This document shows, one piece after another, positions 1 to 10,031 of a DNA stretch of 64,000 bases. Below the pieces are notes generated by a model. It was not told the origin of the DNA. It searched no databases and was given only the letters and a program-made list of their open reading frames with translations. Position numbers and translations under genes: made by a program. Positions within the stretch are counted from its first letter, which is position 1. Each line of letters starts with the position of its first letter. This DNA is from Lachnospiraceae bacterium (GTDB taxonomy: Bacteria > Bacillota > Clostridia > Lachnospirales > Lachnospiraceae), in contig SVDD01000007.1 of the NCBI GenBank assembly GCA_015057945.1, forward strand, positions 26,830-90,829. The letters are read 5' to 3'.

Positions 1-1
1 G

Positions 2-1165
2 CCTTCACTCCCCCTCACCGAGCTGGAAATGGACGATGTCTACGCCCTGCCTTTTATGAGAGCATGGCATCCGATTTATGACAAAGAGGGCGGAATCCCT
101 GCCTTTGGTGAGATCAAGGAAAGTATCACTCAGGCAAGAGGCTGCTTCGGAGAATGTAATTTCTGTGCCATTACCATGCACCAGGGCCGTATCGTACAGG
201 CACGTTCTCACGAAAGTATTCTAAAGGAAGCAAAGGATATAACACAGGATCCCGAATTCAAGGGCTATATCTTTGATGTCGGCGGACCCACTGCGGAGTT
301 CAGAGGCCCTGCCTGCGGTAAGCAACTTACAAAGGGCGCCTGCATTAACAAGAAATGTCTCTGGCCGGAGCCCTGCAAAAACCTCAAAGTGGATCACTCC
401 GACTATGTTAAGCTCCTTCGGGAAGTGCGCTCATTACCGGGAGTTAAAAAGGTATTTGTCCGTTCCGGATTCCGTTTTGATTACCTCATGGCCGACTCCA
501 ACAAGGAATTCCTCAGGGAAATCTGCAAATATCACGTTTCTGGACAGATGCGTGTGGCTCCTGAGCATGTTTCGGATAATGTACTTAAAGAGATGGGAAA
601 GCCCGGAGTTTCCGTATATAACTCCTTCGTAAAGGAATTCGAGAAGATAAACAAGGAAATGGGCCTTAATCAGTATATCGTGCCGTATCTCATGTCCAGC
701 CATCCGGGATCACGGCTTAAGGATGCCATCACTCTTGCGGAGTACATAAGAGATATGGGCTATATCCCCGATCAGGTACAGGATTTCTATCCGACACCGG
801 GAACCGTATCCACCGCCATGTACTACACAGGCTTGAATCCTCTCACCATGGAAGAGGTATACGTTCCGAAAAATCCTCATGAAAAGGCGATGCAGCGTGC
901 CCTGATCCAGTATCGGAGACCTGAAAACTATGATCTGATAAAAGAGGCACTTATCAAGGAACATAGAGAGGACCTTATAGGCTTCGGACCGGAGTGCCTT
1001 ATTCGCCCGAGAAAGCCCCAGGAAGATGCATCTGCCGGAAAACGACCTGAAAGACATAACACAAGCGGTAAAAATCCAAAGGTCAAAGGAAATGACCGCC
1101 ACGAATCACATAAATCCCACCCTAAAGCTTCACGGGGCGGGAACAGGCAGAAAAGCCTGCGTTAA
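2..1165 (+). CDS. YgiQ/UPF0313-family radical SAM protein, 5' end outside the window
   Basis: Frame is open from position 2. CxxxCxxC motif (GCFGECNFC), DVGGPTA, APEH and QVQDFYPTP motifs typical of YgiQ; basic disordered C-tail. Confidence 0.9.
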   Translation, partial: PSLPLTELEMDDVYALPFMRAWHPIYDKEGGIPAFGEIKESITQARGCFGECNFCAITMHQGRIVQARSHESILKEAKDITQDPEFKGYIFDVGGPTAEFRGPACGKQLTKGACINKKCLWPEPCKNLKVDHSDYVKLLREVRSLPGVKKVFVRSGFRFDYLMADSNKEFLREICKYHVSGQMRVAPEHVSDNVLKEMGKPGVSVYNSFVKEFEKINKEMGLNQYIVPYLMSSHPGSRLKDAITLAEYIRDMGYIPDQVQDFYPTPGTVSTAMYYTGLNPLTMEEVYVPKNPHEKAMQRALIQYRRPENYDLIKEALIKEHREDLIGFGPECLIRPRKPQEDASAGKRPERHNTSGKNPKVKGNDRHESHKSHPKASRGGNRQKSLR

Positions 1166-1182
1166 AACCATCACTATCTTCC

Positions 1183-1210
1183 AGAGCATGACACCGTCAT
1201 GCTCTTTCTT
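1183..1210 (+). terminator. Intrinsic terminator after the radical SAM gene
   Basis: AGAGCATGAC-acc-GTCATGCTCT hairpin followed by TTCTTT. Confidence 0.6.
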
Positions 1211-1405
1211 TGTAATGCCGCCAAATCGAAATGATTTGTTAAGGTATGAAAAGCCATTCCCATGCTAAAATGTAGACACAAAAATGCTGCTATGAAAAAA
1301 CATCTGCGGAATGCAGTCAGTTAATTCCTGCGGCATCAGACAATAATTTAAGAGAGGATATGAGCAGGTCCCGGCACACGACCCGGGGATCAGCTCCTTT
1401 GTATT

Positions 1406-2743
1406 ATGAAAAACCGAAACAAATTCATCAAAAAAACCGCCGCGGAAATATTGATAGCAGTTTTAGCGACTGTCAATGTCTCCACCTTTGCACTTGCAGA
1501 CACAAATTCCGTCAAAGTGGAAATCACGGAATACGGTCCTGTTGGAACTGCATCTTCCGAACAAGAGAGCAGCGCAAGTACCGGTCCTGCCGGGAGCATC
1601 GTTTCCGATGGCACCGTAAATTCTGACGGAAATTCATCCTCGGCAGCTACAGCCGAAACAACTGCGGCTACTGTACAAGAAACAACAGCAGCTTCTATAC
1701 AGGAAACTACAGCTGCTGCTTCTCAGGTAACGGAAGGACCTACAGGAACAGCTGCAGCGACTGTCGATACCACTAAAGAGACAAAAGCTTCATCCGAAGC
1801 TTCAGCCGCCGCATCAGGAACCTCTGCCTCTTCCGGAACAACATCCGCCACTTCCGGAGCAGTAACAGAAGCATCCGAAACCACTGCGGCTTCCGGCACC
1901 GATACCTCATCAGCTACAAACTATTTCAAGAACTCCGGAAACACAAAGAGTTTCCTTAAGACAAGTCTTACAGCCACTCCCGAGGTAAATGCCAACTTTG
2001 CAATTCTTGTTGACACCGATTCCAACCTTGTGATTGCTGACAAAAACGGCGAAGCCAGGATGAATCCGGCATCCATGACCAAGGTAATGACACTTCTCGT
2101 TGCCTGTGAGCACCTTTCCGATCTCTCGGAAAAGATAGAGATAACCCAGGATATCGTGGACTATGTACAGAAGGAGGGTGCTTCTAACTGCGGATTTAAG
2201 GCAGGAGAAAAGGTGACTGTTCAGGATCTTCTCTACGGTCTCATACTTCCTTCAGGAGCTGATGCAGCCCTCGCACTGGTACGCCATATTGCAGGTTCAG
2301 AGGCACAGTTTGTAAATCTTATGAACCAGAAGGCTCAGGAGCTTGGTATTTCAGCGACAACACATTATACTAATTGTACAGGGCTTTACAATGCCGATCA
2401 TTACACAACCGCAAAGGACATGGCTCTCGTCATGAAATATGCCGCGGCTGACCCTTACGCAAGTGCAGTTCTTTCCACAAGAAGCTACACAACAAAAGCC
2501 AGCAACAAGCACAGCAGCGGCCTGTCATTTTCAAATCTCTTTTTGAAGCGTATAGATGGACAGGAGACCGGCGGTGAGGCTATGATGGCAAAGACAGGTT
2601 ATGTTGCAAAGGCCGGTAACTGTGCTGTTTCTTATTTCACGGCTGCCAGCGGACGACATTATATCTGTGTGACCGGAAAAACATCTGGGGCATGGAATGT
2701 TGTTTATGCACATGCCGACCTTTATAAAAAATACGGAAAATAA
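1406..2743 (+). CDS. D-alanyl-D-alanine carboxypeptidase (peptidase S11) with a long Ser/Thr/Ala-rich N-terminal stalk
   Basis: Signal peptide, low-complexity linker, SxxK (ASMTK), SGA at the SxN position, HYTNCTGL and KTG motifs. Confidence 0.88.
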   Translation: MKNRNKFIKKTAAEILIAVLATVNVSTFALADTNSVKVEITEYGPVGTASSEQESSASTGPAGSIVSDGTVNSDGNSSSAATAETTAATVQETTAASIQETTAAASQVTEGPTGTAAATVDTTKETKASSEASAAASGTSASSGTTSATSGAVTEASETTAASGTDTSSATNYFKNSGNTKSFLKTSLTATPEVNANFAILVDTDSNLVIADKNGEARMNPASMTKVMTLLVACEHLSDLSEKIEITQDIVDYVQKEGASNCGFKAGEKVTVQDLLYGLILPSGADAALALVRHIAGSEAQFVNLMNQKAQELGISATTHYTNCTGLYNADHYTTAKDMALVMKYAAADPYASAVLSTRSYTTKASNKHSSGLSFSNLFLKRIDGQETGGEAMMAKTGYVAKAGNCAVSYFTAASGRHYICVTGKTSGAWNVVYAHADLYKKYGK

Positions 2744-2833
2744 GTGAGCTCCAGCCTTCAAGTACGGCAAGATATCCATGAAACCTGCCGGAACGGACCG
2801 ATATGGGCTGCCAACCCACTTATGGAGGAAAAA

Positions 2834-4567
2834 ATGGCTGGAATTTTGGGCGAGCTGGTTGGACCTGCAAAACTGGTTGCTATCTCTATAGGGGAGATTC
2901 CCGAACAGTTTAAAGTAGATGGTGAACTGAAGATAGGCCGGCGACGTTTCTTTAAATTTAAGAATGAAACCAAAATATATCTGGAATATCCTCTTCTTGC
3001 AAAAGATCAGGGTAAGCTGATTCACCTGCTGGGAGAGTGGCATTATATAAATCTGACTGACCAGAATACCACCACCATTGATGATGAGGAACTGCCTCTG
3101 AAGGGAGACAGGATCCTGAAAAACGGAGATATCATAAGGATAAAAAGAGGTTCAGACATGCTTATCTTTGTTTTCCTCATGAAATTCTCCGGAGAACTTG
3201 AATGGAAGAGAGTCTTTCTGGACAGAGAGCAGAAGATCTATCATATCTACAGTCATGTCAGTGAATATGAGAAGGCCGGAGAGAGCTCTGCTTCTTCAGA
3301 TTCCGGAGCAGAAGCGGAGTCTCCGGATAAACCCGGGGCAGAAAAGAATGAAGCTCCGGATCCCGGGGCCCATCATGCCATCTTGCGTTACACTGACGGG
3401 TACTGGCAGGTGGAGGACACCAACACCAAAAGAGGTGTTTACGTAAACCAGAACAGGATAGACGGATATAAGCTTCTGAAGCTTTATGACATCATAAACA
3501 TCGGTAACACACATTTCGTATTCTACGGAGATTATATAGCCTATAATCTGGAGACCTTCAGGGACAATGATCTGGAGATCCACATCAAAGAAAGATCGGT
3601 AAGAGGATTTTTCAAACGTCAGATACTTCTTAAGGATATCAATTTACGGATTGAACCCGGAAATATGGTGCTTATCCTCGGCGGATCAGGTGCCGGAAAG
3701 ACCACCTTTATCAATGCCGTGACCGGCTATGAAAAGGCCAATGCCGCTATCCGGCAGGGCGACGTGGATGTTTATGACGACTACGAAAAAATGAAATACA
3801 GGATAGGCATGGTTCCGCAGCAGGATCTACTTCGTGGTGACGATACCGTCATCATGACTCTTTCCAATGCTGCGGAAATGCGTATGCCTACCACTTCCGA
3901 TCTTAATGAGAGGAAAGAACGGGTAAACGAACTTCTGCGTCTTTTCGGTCTTGAAAACGTAAGAGGCGAGCTGGTGGATAAGCTTTCAGGCGGACAGCGT
4001 AAACGTCTCTCCATCGCAACCGAGTTCGTTGCCAATCCGAGCATCTTCATCCTGGATGAGCCGGATTCCGGTCTCGACGGAGTTATGGCCAGAGATCTTA
4101 TGAAACAGCTTCGCAATATTGCGGATCAGAACAAGATCGTCATGGTCATCACCCACACCCCGGACAGAGTCATTGACATGTTTGACAAGGTCATAGTTCT
4201 TGCAAAGGACAGCAACCAGACCGGACAGCTGGCATTCTACGGAACTGTGGATGAAGCTAAAAAATTTTTCAACCGTGAGACCATGGAAGACATCATACTG
4301 ACGGTAAACAGTGAAGGTGAAGGCGGTGAAGGTCAGGCGGACATATACATCAGAAAATTCCAAAGACTCAGAGAAGAAGTTCCCTTTACTCCTCCCGATA
4401 CTATGGACAACGGGGTAGGAGTCAGGACTTCTGACGGAACCGCTCTTGAACCGGAGAGCATACCGGAGGATCCGATATATGCAGAGAATGATGAGAAGAT
4501 CAGCTCCGAGGATATACTGAAAGGGGATCTTCTGTCCGACGAAAAGGTTGAGGTAGATCTGAACTGA
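2834..4567 (+). CDS. FHA-domain ABC transporter ATP-binding protein (two FHA-like domains plus an ABCG-type ATPase)
   Basis: GGAGG RBS before ATG 2834 (track ORF starts at 2744). FHA-like segments (KIGR..., HHAIL...VEDTNTKRGVYVN), Walker A GGSGAGKT, LSGGQ signature, ILDEPDSGLD, THT switch. Confidence 0.85.
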   Translation: MAGILGELVGPAKLVAISIGEIPEQFKVDGELKIGRRRFFKFKNETKIYLEYPLLAKDQGKLIHLLGEWHYINLTDQNTTTIDDEELPLKGDRILKNGDIIRIKRGSDMLIFVFLMKFSGELEWKRVFLDREQKIYHIYSHVSEYEKAGESSASSDSGAEAESPDKPGAEKNEAPDPGAHHAILRYTDGYWQVEDTNTKRGVYVNQNRIDGYKLLKLYDIINIGNTHFVFYGDYIAYNLETFRDNDLEIHIKERSVRGFFKRQILLKDINLRIEPGNMVLILGGSGAGKTTFINAVTGYEKANAAIRQGDVDVYDDYEKMKYRIGMVPQQDLLRGDDTVIMTLSNAAEMRMPTTSDLNERKERVNELLRLFGLENVRGELVDKLSGGQRKRLSIATEFVANPSIFILDEPDSGLDGVMARDLMKQLRNIADQNKIVMVITHTPDRVIDMFDKVIVLAKDSNQTGQLAFYGTVDEAKKFFNRETMEDIILTVNSEGEGGEGQADIYIRKFQRLREEVPFTPPDTMDNGVGVRTSDGTALEPESIPEDPIYAENDEKISSEDILKGDLLSDEKVEVDLN

Positions 4568-4729
4568 ATCACTTATTTAAAATCTTTCGTTAACCAGTCT
4601 TAAGGCAGTGATTCACTTATATAAAATGAAGTGAGTGTCAAAATATTTTCCACTCACTGATAGCACCAACGCACAGATTCGCGTGCAATGTGCTGCAGAA
4701 CATTTAAACAACAACGAGGCATCAAGAAT

Positions 4730-5665
4730 ATGGGAGACGCACGTAACAATCTACATACAGGACGATGGACCCAGTCCAAGATCTACTTCGGAAAGCTCTG
4801 GAGGATCTTTATGAATGAACGGGACTGGAAGGGTCTCCCCCTTTCAGCGGCCATCGCTCTGCTTGTGGCCTTTGTCATGGGAAAGAGCCTCTTCACCAAC
4901 ATGGAGAGACTAAAGGCCGGATCCTTTGCCATGGTGTGCGTATGTATATGGAACGGTTTCTTCAATTCCATCCAGATGGTGTGCCGCGAGAGGGCCATCA
5001 TTAAAAGAGAGCACCGGGCAGGACTTCATATAACCGCTTATATAGGCGCACACATGATGTATCAGTCCATAATGTGCCTGCTTCAGGTAGTCATATCCAT
5101 AGCCATCTACAAGTGGTACGGAATAACATTTCCAGCCGAAAGCATCGTCACCGGAAACTTCGTTCTGGATTTCGGGATTACCCTCTGGGTCATCACCTAT
5201 GCAGCCGACATGATGGCTCTTATGATATCCTGTATAGTCAAAACAACCACCGCTGCAATGACAGTTATGCCTTTCATGCTCATCATTCAGCTCATCTTCG
5301 CAGGAATCATTTTTTCCTTTTCCGAAGGTCCTGCAGTTATCCTTGAAAAAATGACCATAAGTCATTGGGGTACAGTGGCCATCTGTTCCATTGCAGATTA
5401 CAACGACCTGACATCCCATGCCTTGTTCTCAGCCATCTATCAATTCAGGAGTGTGCCGGAGATACAGTCCATAGTTGACTATATACAGCGCACTGACATA
5501 CGTTACAAAATGGATGTACTAGCCGCGAGATCCATGCAGAACTCACTATATGAAGGTACCATATCCAACGTTTTGCAATGCTGGGGAGTCATTCTTCTCA
5601 TAGGAGGCGTAAGTGTCATCATCGGAATCCTTTTCCTTGAAATGATAGATCTGGATAAGCGCTGA
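4730..5665 (+). CDS. ABC-2 type exporter permease, partner of the upstream FHA-ATPase
   Basis: About 6 hydrophobic segments; the RERAIIKREHRAGL motif resembles the ABCG/ABC-2 ER...RE motif. Start ATG 4730 chosen over 4688. Confidence 0.8.
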   Translation: MGDARNNLHTGRWTQSKIYFGKLWRIFMNERDWKGLPLSAAIALLVAFVMGKSLFTNMERLKAGSFAMVCVCIWNGFFNSIQMVCRERAIIKREHRAGLHITAYIGAHMMYQSIMCLLQVVISIAIYKWYGITFPAESIVTGNFVLDFGITLWVITYAADMMALMISCIVKTTTAAMTVMPFMLIIQLIFAGIIFSFSEGPAVILEKMTISHWGTVAICSIADYNDLTSHALFSAIYQFRSVPEIQSIVDYIQRTDIRYKMDVLAARSMQNSLYEGTISNVLQCWGVILLIGGVSVIIGILFLEMIDLDKR

Positions 5666-5783
5666 TGGGGCTTATAATGCCATGATTCATGCAGTCTGTA
5701 TCCCGCTTTTGTGCAGGCACAATCGAAGCAAGAGACTTATGGCACTTATATCATACCCTAACCAGATATCCTAAAAGCAAAAT

Positions 5784-5826
5784 CCGGATACAATTCTTAA
5801 TTGCAGAATTGTATCCGGATTTTTTA
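5784..5826 (+). terminator. Intrinsic terminator
   Basis: ATCCGGATACAATTC ... GAATTGTATCCGGAT perfect stem followed by a T tract. Confidence 0.75.
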
Positions 5827-5976
5827 ATGACTTTCTTAAGTTTTTCTTGTCACTTTTACTATTATATGATATAAAATTTTTCCCGATAATATTTTATGCA
5901 AACTAAAATCACCCTCATGTTCCTTTTCCGGATGGTTGCGGAATTCATGAGGATAATATTAATAAATGGATCATAT

Positions 5977-8481
5977 ATGAAAAAATTACTGGAAAAACTA
6001 ATAATATTCAATAATTACGGATATAAACAGGATGCCTATGATGAAAGCCGCCGTAAAATACTTGAACAGGCTTACAGAAAGAGTGTGAATTTCACTGCTA
6101 TTTTTCAAACTCTCATGGGTATATTTGCTGTGCTCAGTATCATGGGGATCATAAGACCCGAGATGCTTCCGGAATACATAGGTTTCTTCACCATAACCTC
6201 CATACTCCGGGTTTATTATCACTTCAGCAGGAAGAATTCAATCCTATATTATTCGACAGTGTGTCGATTATCCATCGCTCTACTTCTGTTTTTCAGCATC
6301 ATAGAGTCCGTATCTGATGTAAATGTGGTGGCAACAGCCATGCTTGCACTTTTGATAGTCACATCGACCATGTTTGCAGACTCCATGATCGTATATATGA
6401 TAATCTGCATCATAAATGTCAGCCTCCTCATATTTACGTCCTTTCTGTTTAAATCAGCCTCCATTGCCACAGGAGATCTGGTAAACTGTGTGACCTTTGC
6501 CATAGTGTCCATATCCATCCATTATATTCTGCAGAGAGAACGTATAGAACATCTTGTGACCTCCTATCAGCTCCACAAGCTGCAGGATGAAAAGATGGCC
6601 CGGGAGCTTTCCGATATGCAGGCTGCAAACGATGCCAAATCCATGTTCCTTTCAAAGATGTCCCATGAGATACGCACACCTATCAATGCTATCCTTGGCA
6701 TGAACGAAATGATCATGCGTGAATATGATGATTTAAAGCTCAATGAGTATACTGCCAATATTAAAAGCGCAGGGGAAGCACTCCTTTATATCATCAGCGA
6801 CATACTGGATTTCTCAAAGATAGAAGCTCGTAAGATGGATATAATCCCTGTAAACTATGAGCTAAGCACCCTTATCAATGACATAGTCTACATGACAAAG
6901 TCAAGGATCAAGGATAAACCCATAGAATTCAAGGTGGAAGTTTCATCGGATATCCCAAACTATCTCTATGGTGATGATATCCGTATAAAACAATGCGTTC
7001 TGAACATCCTCATCAATGCCGTCAAATACACGGAAAGCGGATCAATAACATTTAGTGTGACTTCAAGAAGAGGAGCAGACGAAAACATATACCTCCGTTT
7101 CAGATCTGTAGATACCGGTATAGGGATAAAAGAAGATGATCTCAAAAAGCTGTTTTCTCCTTTTGAACGCATTGAAGAAAACAGAAACAGATCCATCGAG
7201 GGTACGGGTCTCGGAATGAATATCGTAAAACATATCCTCGCCCTTATGGATTCAAGACTTGAGGTAAGCAGTGTTTACGGAGAAGGCAGTGATTTTTCCT
7301 TTGAGATAAAGCAGAAGCTGATAAAGGATATCCCAATAGGTGATTACACAGAATCCTACAGAGAGCATCTGAGAAGCAAAAGAGTCAAACATGCGAGCTT
7401 TTCTGCCCCTGAGGGCCGTATACTTGTCATCGATGATAATTCCATGAACCTTACTGTCATAACCGGTCTTCTCAAGGAAACACAGATTCAGGTAGATACA
7501 GTCAAAAACGGTCCGGACGGAATCAGAAAAGTATGCGAAGAAAAGTATGATTGTATATTTATCGATCATCTCATGCCGGATATGGACGGTGTGGAGACCT
7601 TGATGAGGATGCGTGAAAGAGCCGATAATAAAAATAAAGTAACTCCATACATAGCCCTTACTGCCAATGCCATACACGGAGCAAGAGAGGAGTACCTGAA
7701 TCTCGGATTCGACGATTACATTTCAAAACCTGTTAACGTGGAACTTTTGGAAAAGCTTCTCATCAATTATCTCCCGAAGGATAAGGTCATCCTGTCGGAT
7801 GACGGTGGATTTAACGGAAATCCGGTCACTCCCAAAAAACTCCGGAATCTAAGCATTGAATCCGAAGGAGATGCATCAGATGATGAAATATACCAAGATG
7901 ATACATCCCTGGATCTTTCCGGTCTAAAAGGGATCCATCTTCCTGCCGCACTGAAAAATACGGGAAATGCCCGGCTTCTCAGCACCGTTATCACAGAATT
8001 CAGGAATCATATATCCGAAAATGCAGACAATATAGAGAAGGATTACAATCAGAAAGACTGGGAAAACTACACTATTTCAGTCCATGCTCTGAAAAGTACC
8101 TCAAAAGTGATAGGTGCCAACGAGCTTTCAGGGCTCTGTCAAATGCTTGAAACTGCCGGAAAGAATCATGACACAGATACTCTGGATTCCCTGACAGCAC
8201 CTATGCTTGCTCTCTATCGAAGCTATAATAAAAATCTTAATCTTCCGGAGGATATGGGCACAAAGCAGGAGGAAAATAAGACAAAAGATCTTTCCGATGT
8301 ACTGGCACGAATCAAAAGCTCTTTGAACAATTATGATTATGACTCCGCTGAAAAGGCCCTTAATGAGCTTGATGAATCAGAACTTACAGATGATATAAAA
8401 AAGAAATTGCAGGACATCGGGGATGCTCTTTCTACCCTTGATGCCGAGATCGCTATAGAGATAATAGATTCCATACTGTAA
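5977..8481 (+). CDS. Membrane hybrid sensor histidine kinase/response regulator with C-terminal Hpt domain
   Basis: Multi-TM N-terminus, H-box FLSKMSHEIRTPIN, N/G1/G2 boxes (NAVKYT, DTGIG, GTGLG), receiver (VIDDN, FIDHLMP, YISKP), Hpt VHALKST. Start estimated at MKKLL. Confidence 0.9.
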   Translation: MKKLLEKLIIFNNYGYKQDAYDESRRKILEQAYRKSVNFTAIFQTLMGIFAVLSIMGIIRPEMLPEYIGFFTITSILRVYYHFSRKNSILYYSTVCRLSIALLLFFSIIESVSDVNVVATAMLALLIVTSTMFADSMIVYMIICIINVSLLIFTSFLFKSASIATGDLVNCVTFAIVSISIHYILQRERIEHLVTSYQLHKLQDEKMARELSDMQAANDAKSMFLSKMSHEIRTPINAILGMNEMIMREYDDLKLNEYTANIKSAGEALLYIISDILDFSKIEARKMDIIPVNYELSTLINDIVYMTKSRIKDKPIEFKVEVSSDIPNYLYGDDIRIKQCVLNILINAVKYTESGSITFSVTSRRGADENIYLRFRSVDTGIGIKEDDLKKLFSPFERIEENRNRSIEGTGLGMNIVKHILALMDSRLEVSSVYGEGSDFSFEIKQKLIKDIPIGDYTESYREHLRSKRVKHASFSAPEGRILVIDDNSMNLTVITGLLKETQIQVDTVKNGPDGIRKVCEEKYDCIFIDHLMPDMDGVETLMRMRERADNKNKVTPYIALTANAIHGAREEYLNLGFDDYISKPVNVELLEKLLINYLPKDKVILSDDGGFNGNPVTPKKLRNLSIESEGDASDDEIYQDDTSLDLSGLKGIHLPAALKNTGNARLLSTVITEFRNHISENADNIEKDYNQKDWENYTISVHALKSTSKVIGANELSGLCQMLETAGKNHDTDTLDSLTAPMLALYRSYNKNLNLPEDMGTKQEENKTKDLSDVLARIKSSLNNYDYDSAEKALNELDESELTDDIKKKLQDIGDALSTLDAEIAIEIIDSIL

Positions 8482-8530
8482 TCATAAAAAGAAGGTTCAG
8501 AGATAATTGCCTCTAACAGGGTAAACCCGA

Positions 8531-8698
8531 TAAACAAAAAATGCTGCGGGACATGCACCTTGGCTTGCGAGTTGAAAGAACAGACAGCGAAGATGTGTAC
8601 GCATCCTGGCACAAAGCGTGTGCCAGGTGCGAACACATCAAGCAGGATGTACTTTCAACCGAGTGAGCCGTTGCGGTTCCGCAGCATTTTTATTTACT
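8531..8698. repeat. About 165-bp nested inverted-repeat (MITE/REP-like) element between convergent genes
   Basis: Ends AAAAATGCTGCGG / CCGCAGCATTTTT; nested inner stems GTTGAAAG/CTTTCAAC, GATGTG..CGC/GCG..CACATC and CCTGGCACA/TGTGCCAGG. Confidence 0.7.
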
Positions 8699-9709
8699 TC
8701 ACATCGTTGACTCCGACCAGTTCACCGAGCACTTCAGCGTCTGGTGTATCTTTTCTTCATTGGTTTCCTCAATCTGATCGATAAGTATCTCTGCAGCCTT
8801 CTGGCCCTCTTCATAGGCCGGCTGGACTATGGTACTTATCTTCGGATATGAGAACTCCGCCCATTCAACATTATCAAAGCCTATGATCCCCAGCTTATGA
8901 GGTATATTGTCCTTCAAAGGCTGTAAAGCTCTGTAGACCTCCGGCAGTGCCCAGCAGTTCGGAACATAGACCAGTGTAGGCTTTTCAGTGTCCATATTGA
9001 GCCTTACAAATCTCTCAACTTCTTCTTTGTCTATGGCGCCGTCCCTTATCTCGAGATTCCTGTAGCTGAGCCCGTTTTTTTCCATACAGTCAGTGAAACC
9101 CGAAGAACGTTCTATACGGGTACTGAGCCTTGAAGGATCTGCGCCTATCATCAGAAAATTCCCGTATCCCTTTTGGATAAGCTTATCTATAGCCCTGTAA
9201 GTGGCTGTATAGTTATCTGTCTTTACCCAATAGGCATCATCCTCATAAACCTTACTGTCAAAATAAACAAAGGGTTTGTTTTCATCTCTTATGATCTCCG
9301 AAGTTACATGGAATCCGGGTGTTGGCTGTATGATGAAGCCATCAGCACCGAGAGTGAGCATCCTGCTTACATAACTTGATTCCATCTCCGTGTCATAAGC
9401 GGAATTTCCTATCAATGTCTGGTATCCGCGCTTTCTGGCGGTATCTTCAATTCCCTTAACTATCTTATTGGAGAATGTATTGGTGATATCACCTATGATG
9501 ACTCCTATGAGATTTGTTTTCTTCTGATTAAGTGTCCGGGCTGCGATATTGGGACGATAATTTGTTTTCTGAATTATCTCCTGTATCTTTGTTCTGGTCT
9601 CAGGCGACATTTTGTCGGTCTTTCCGTTTAAAAAGAAGGAGACAGTGGTCTTGGATACCCCTGCCATCTCCGCTATATCCTTAATTGTGATTTTTCCTTC
9701 ACGTCCCAT
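8699..9709 (-). CDS. LacI-family transcriptional regulator, RegR-like
   Basis: HTH ITIKDIAEMAGVSKTTVSFFLNGK; as recalled, close along its length to streptococcal RegR (LIGVIIGDITN.FSN.IVKGIED, SRLSTRIER.SGF, PNCWALP). ATG 9709 with GGGGAG RBS. Confidence 0.9.
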   Translation of the reverse strand: MGREGKITIKDIAEMAGVSKTTVSFFLNGKTDKMSPETRTKIQEIIQKTNYRPNIAARTLNQKKTNLIGVIIGDITNTFSNKIVKGIEDTARKRGYQTLIGNSAYDTEMESSYVSRMLTLGADGFIIQPTPGFHVTSEIIRDENKPFVYFDSKVYEDDAYWVKTDNYTATYRAIDKLIQKGYGNFLMIGADPSRLSTRIERSSGFTDCMEKNGLSYRNLEIRDGAIDKEEVERFVRLNMDTEKPTLVYVPNCWALPEVYRALQPLKDNIPHKLGIIGFDNVEWAEFSYPKISTIVQPAYEEGQKAAEILIDQIEETNEEKIHQTLKCSVNWSESTM

Positions 9710-9784
9710 ATAACTCCCCAACTGTCTATATCATGAAATATGTGCAAAAAGTCGATGCCGACCCGGTGGGGGCCGTGCACCTTA

Positions 9785-9850
9785 TTAACCGGTTAACCCG
9801 TTGATTTTCCTGGCTGTGTTAATTTTAGTTTTCCCTCAACTTCTTGTCAA
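9785..9850 (-). promoter_or_regulatory. sigma-A promoter of the LacI gene plus palindromic operator
   Basis: Minus strand TTGACA (9850-9845)-N17-TAAAAT (9827-9822); perfect palindrome TTAACCGGTTAA at 9785-9796 in the leader. Confidence 0.7.
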
Positions 9851-10031
9851 GAATACCGTCAATATAGCATATGGAATAAACCGTGTGCTTTATATATAAT
9901 TATACCAGCACATTTTGTAAGCACTTACATTTTTGAATGATCAGATTGTATTCAGATAGATACACATTTTTCGAAAAGAAAGGCATATAATGCCAAACTA
10001 TGCGCCTGCTGAGAGTCCCGAAGAGGCTTTT

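Noticed and set aside
1279-1340. AAAAATGCTGC word shared with the end of the 8531-8698 element
   Set aside because: Only 11 bp match and there is no opposite end.
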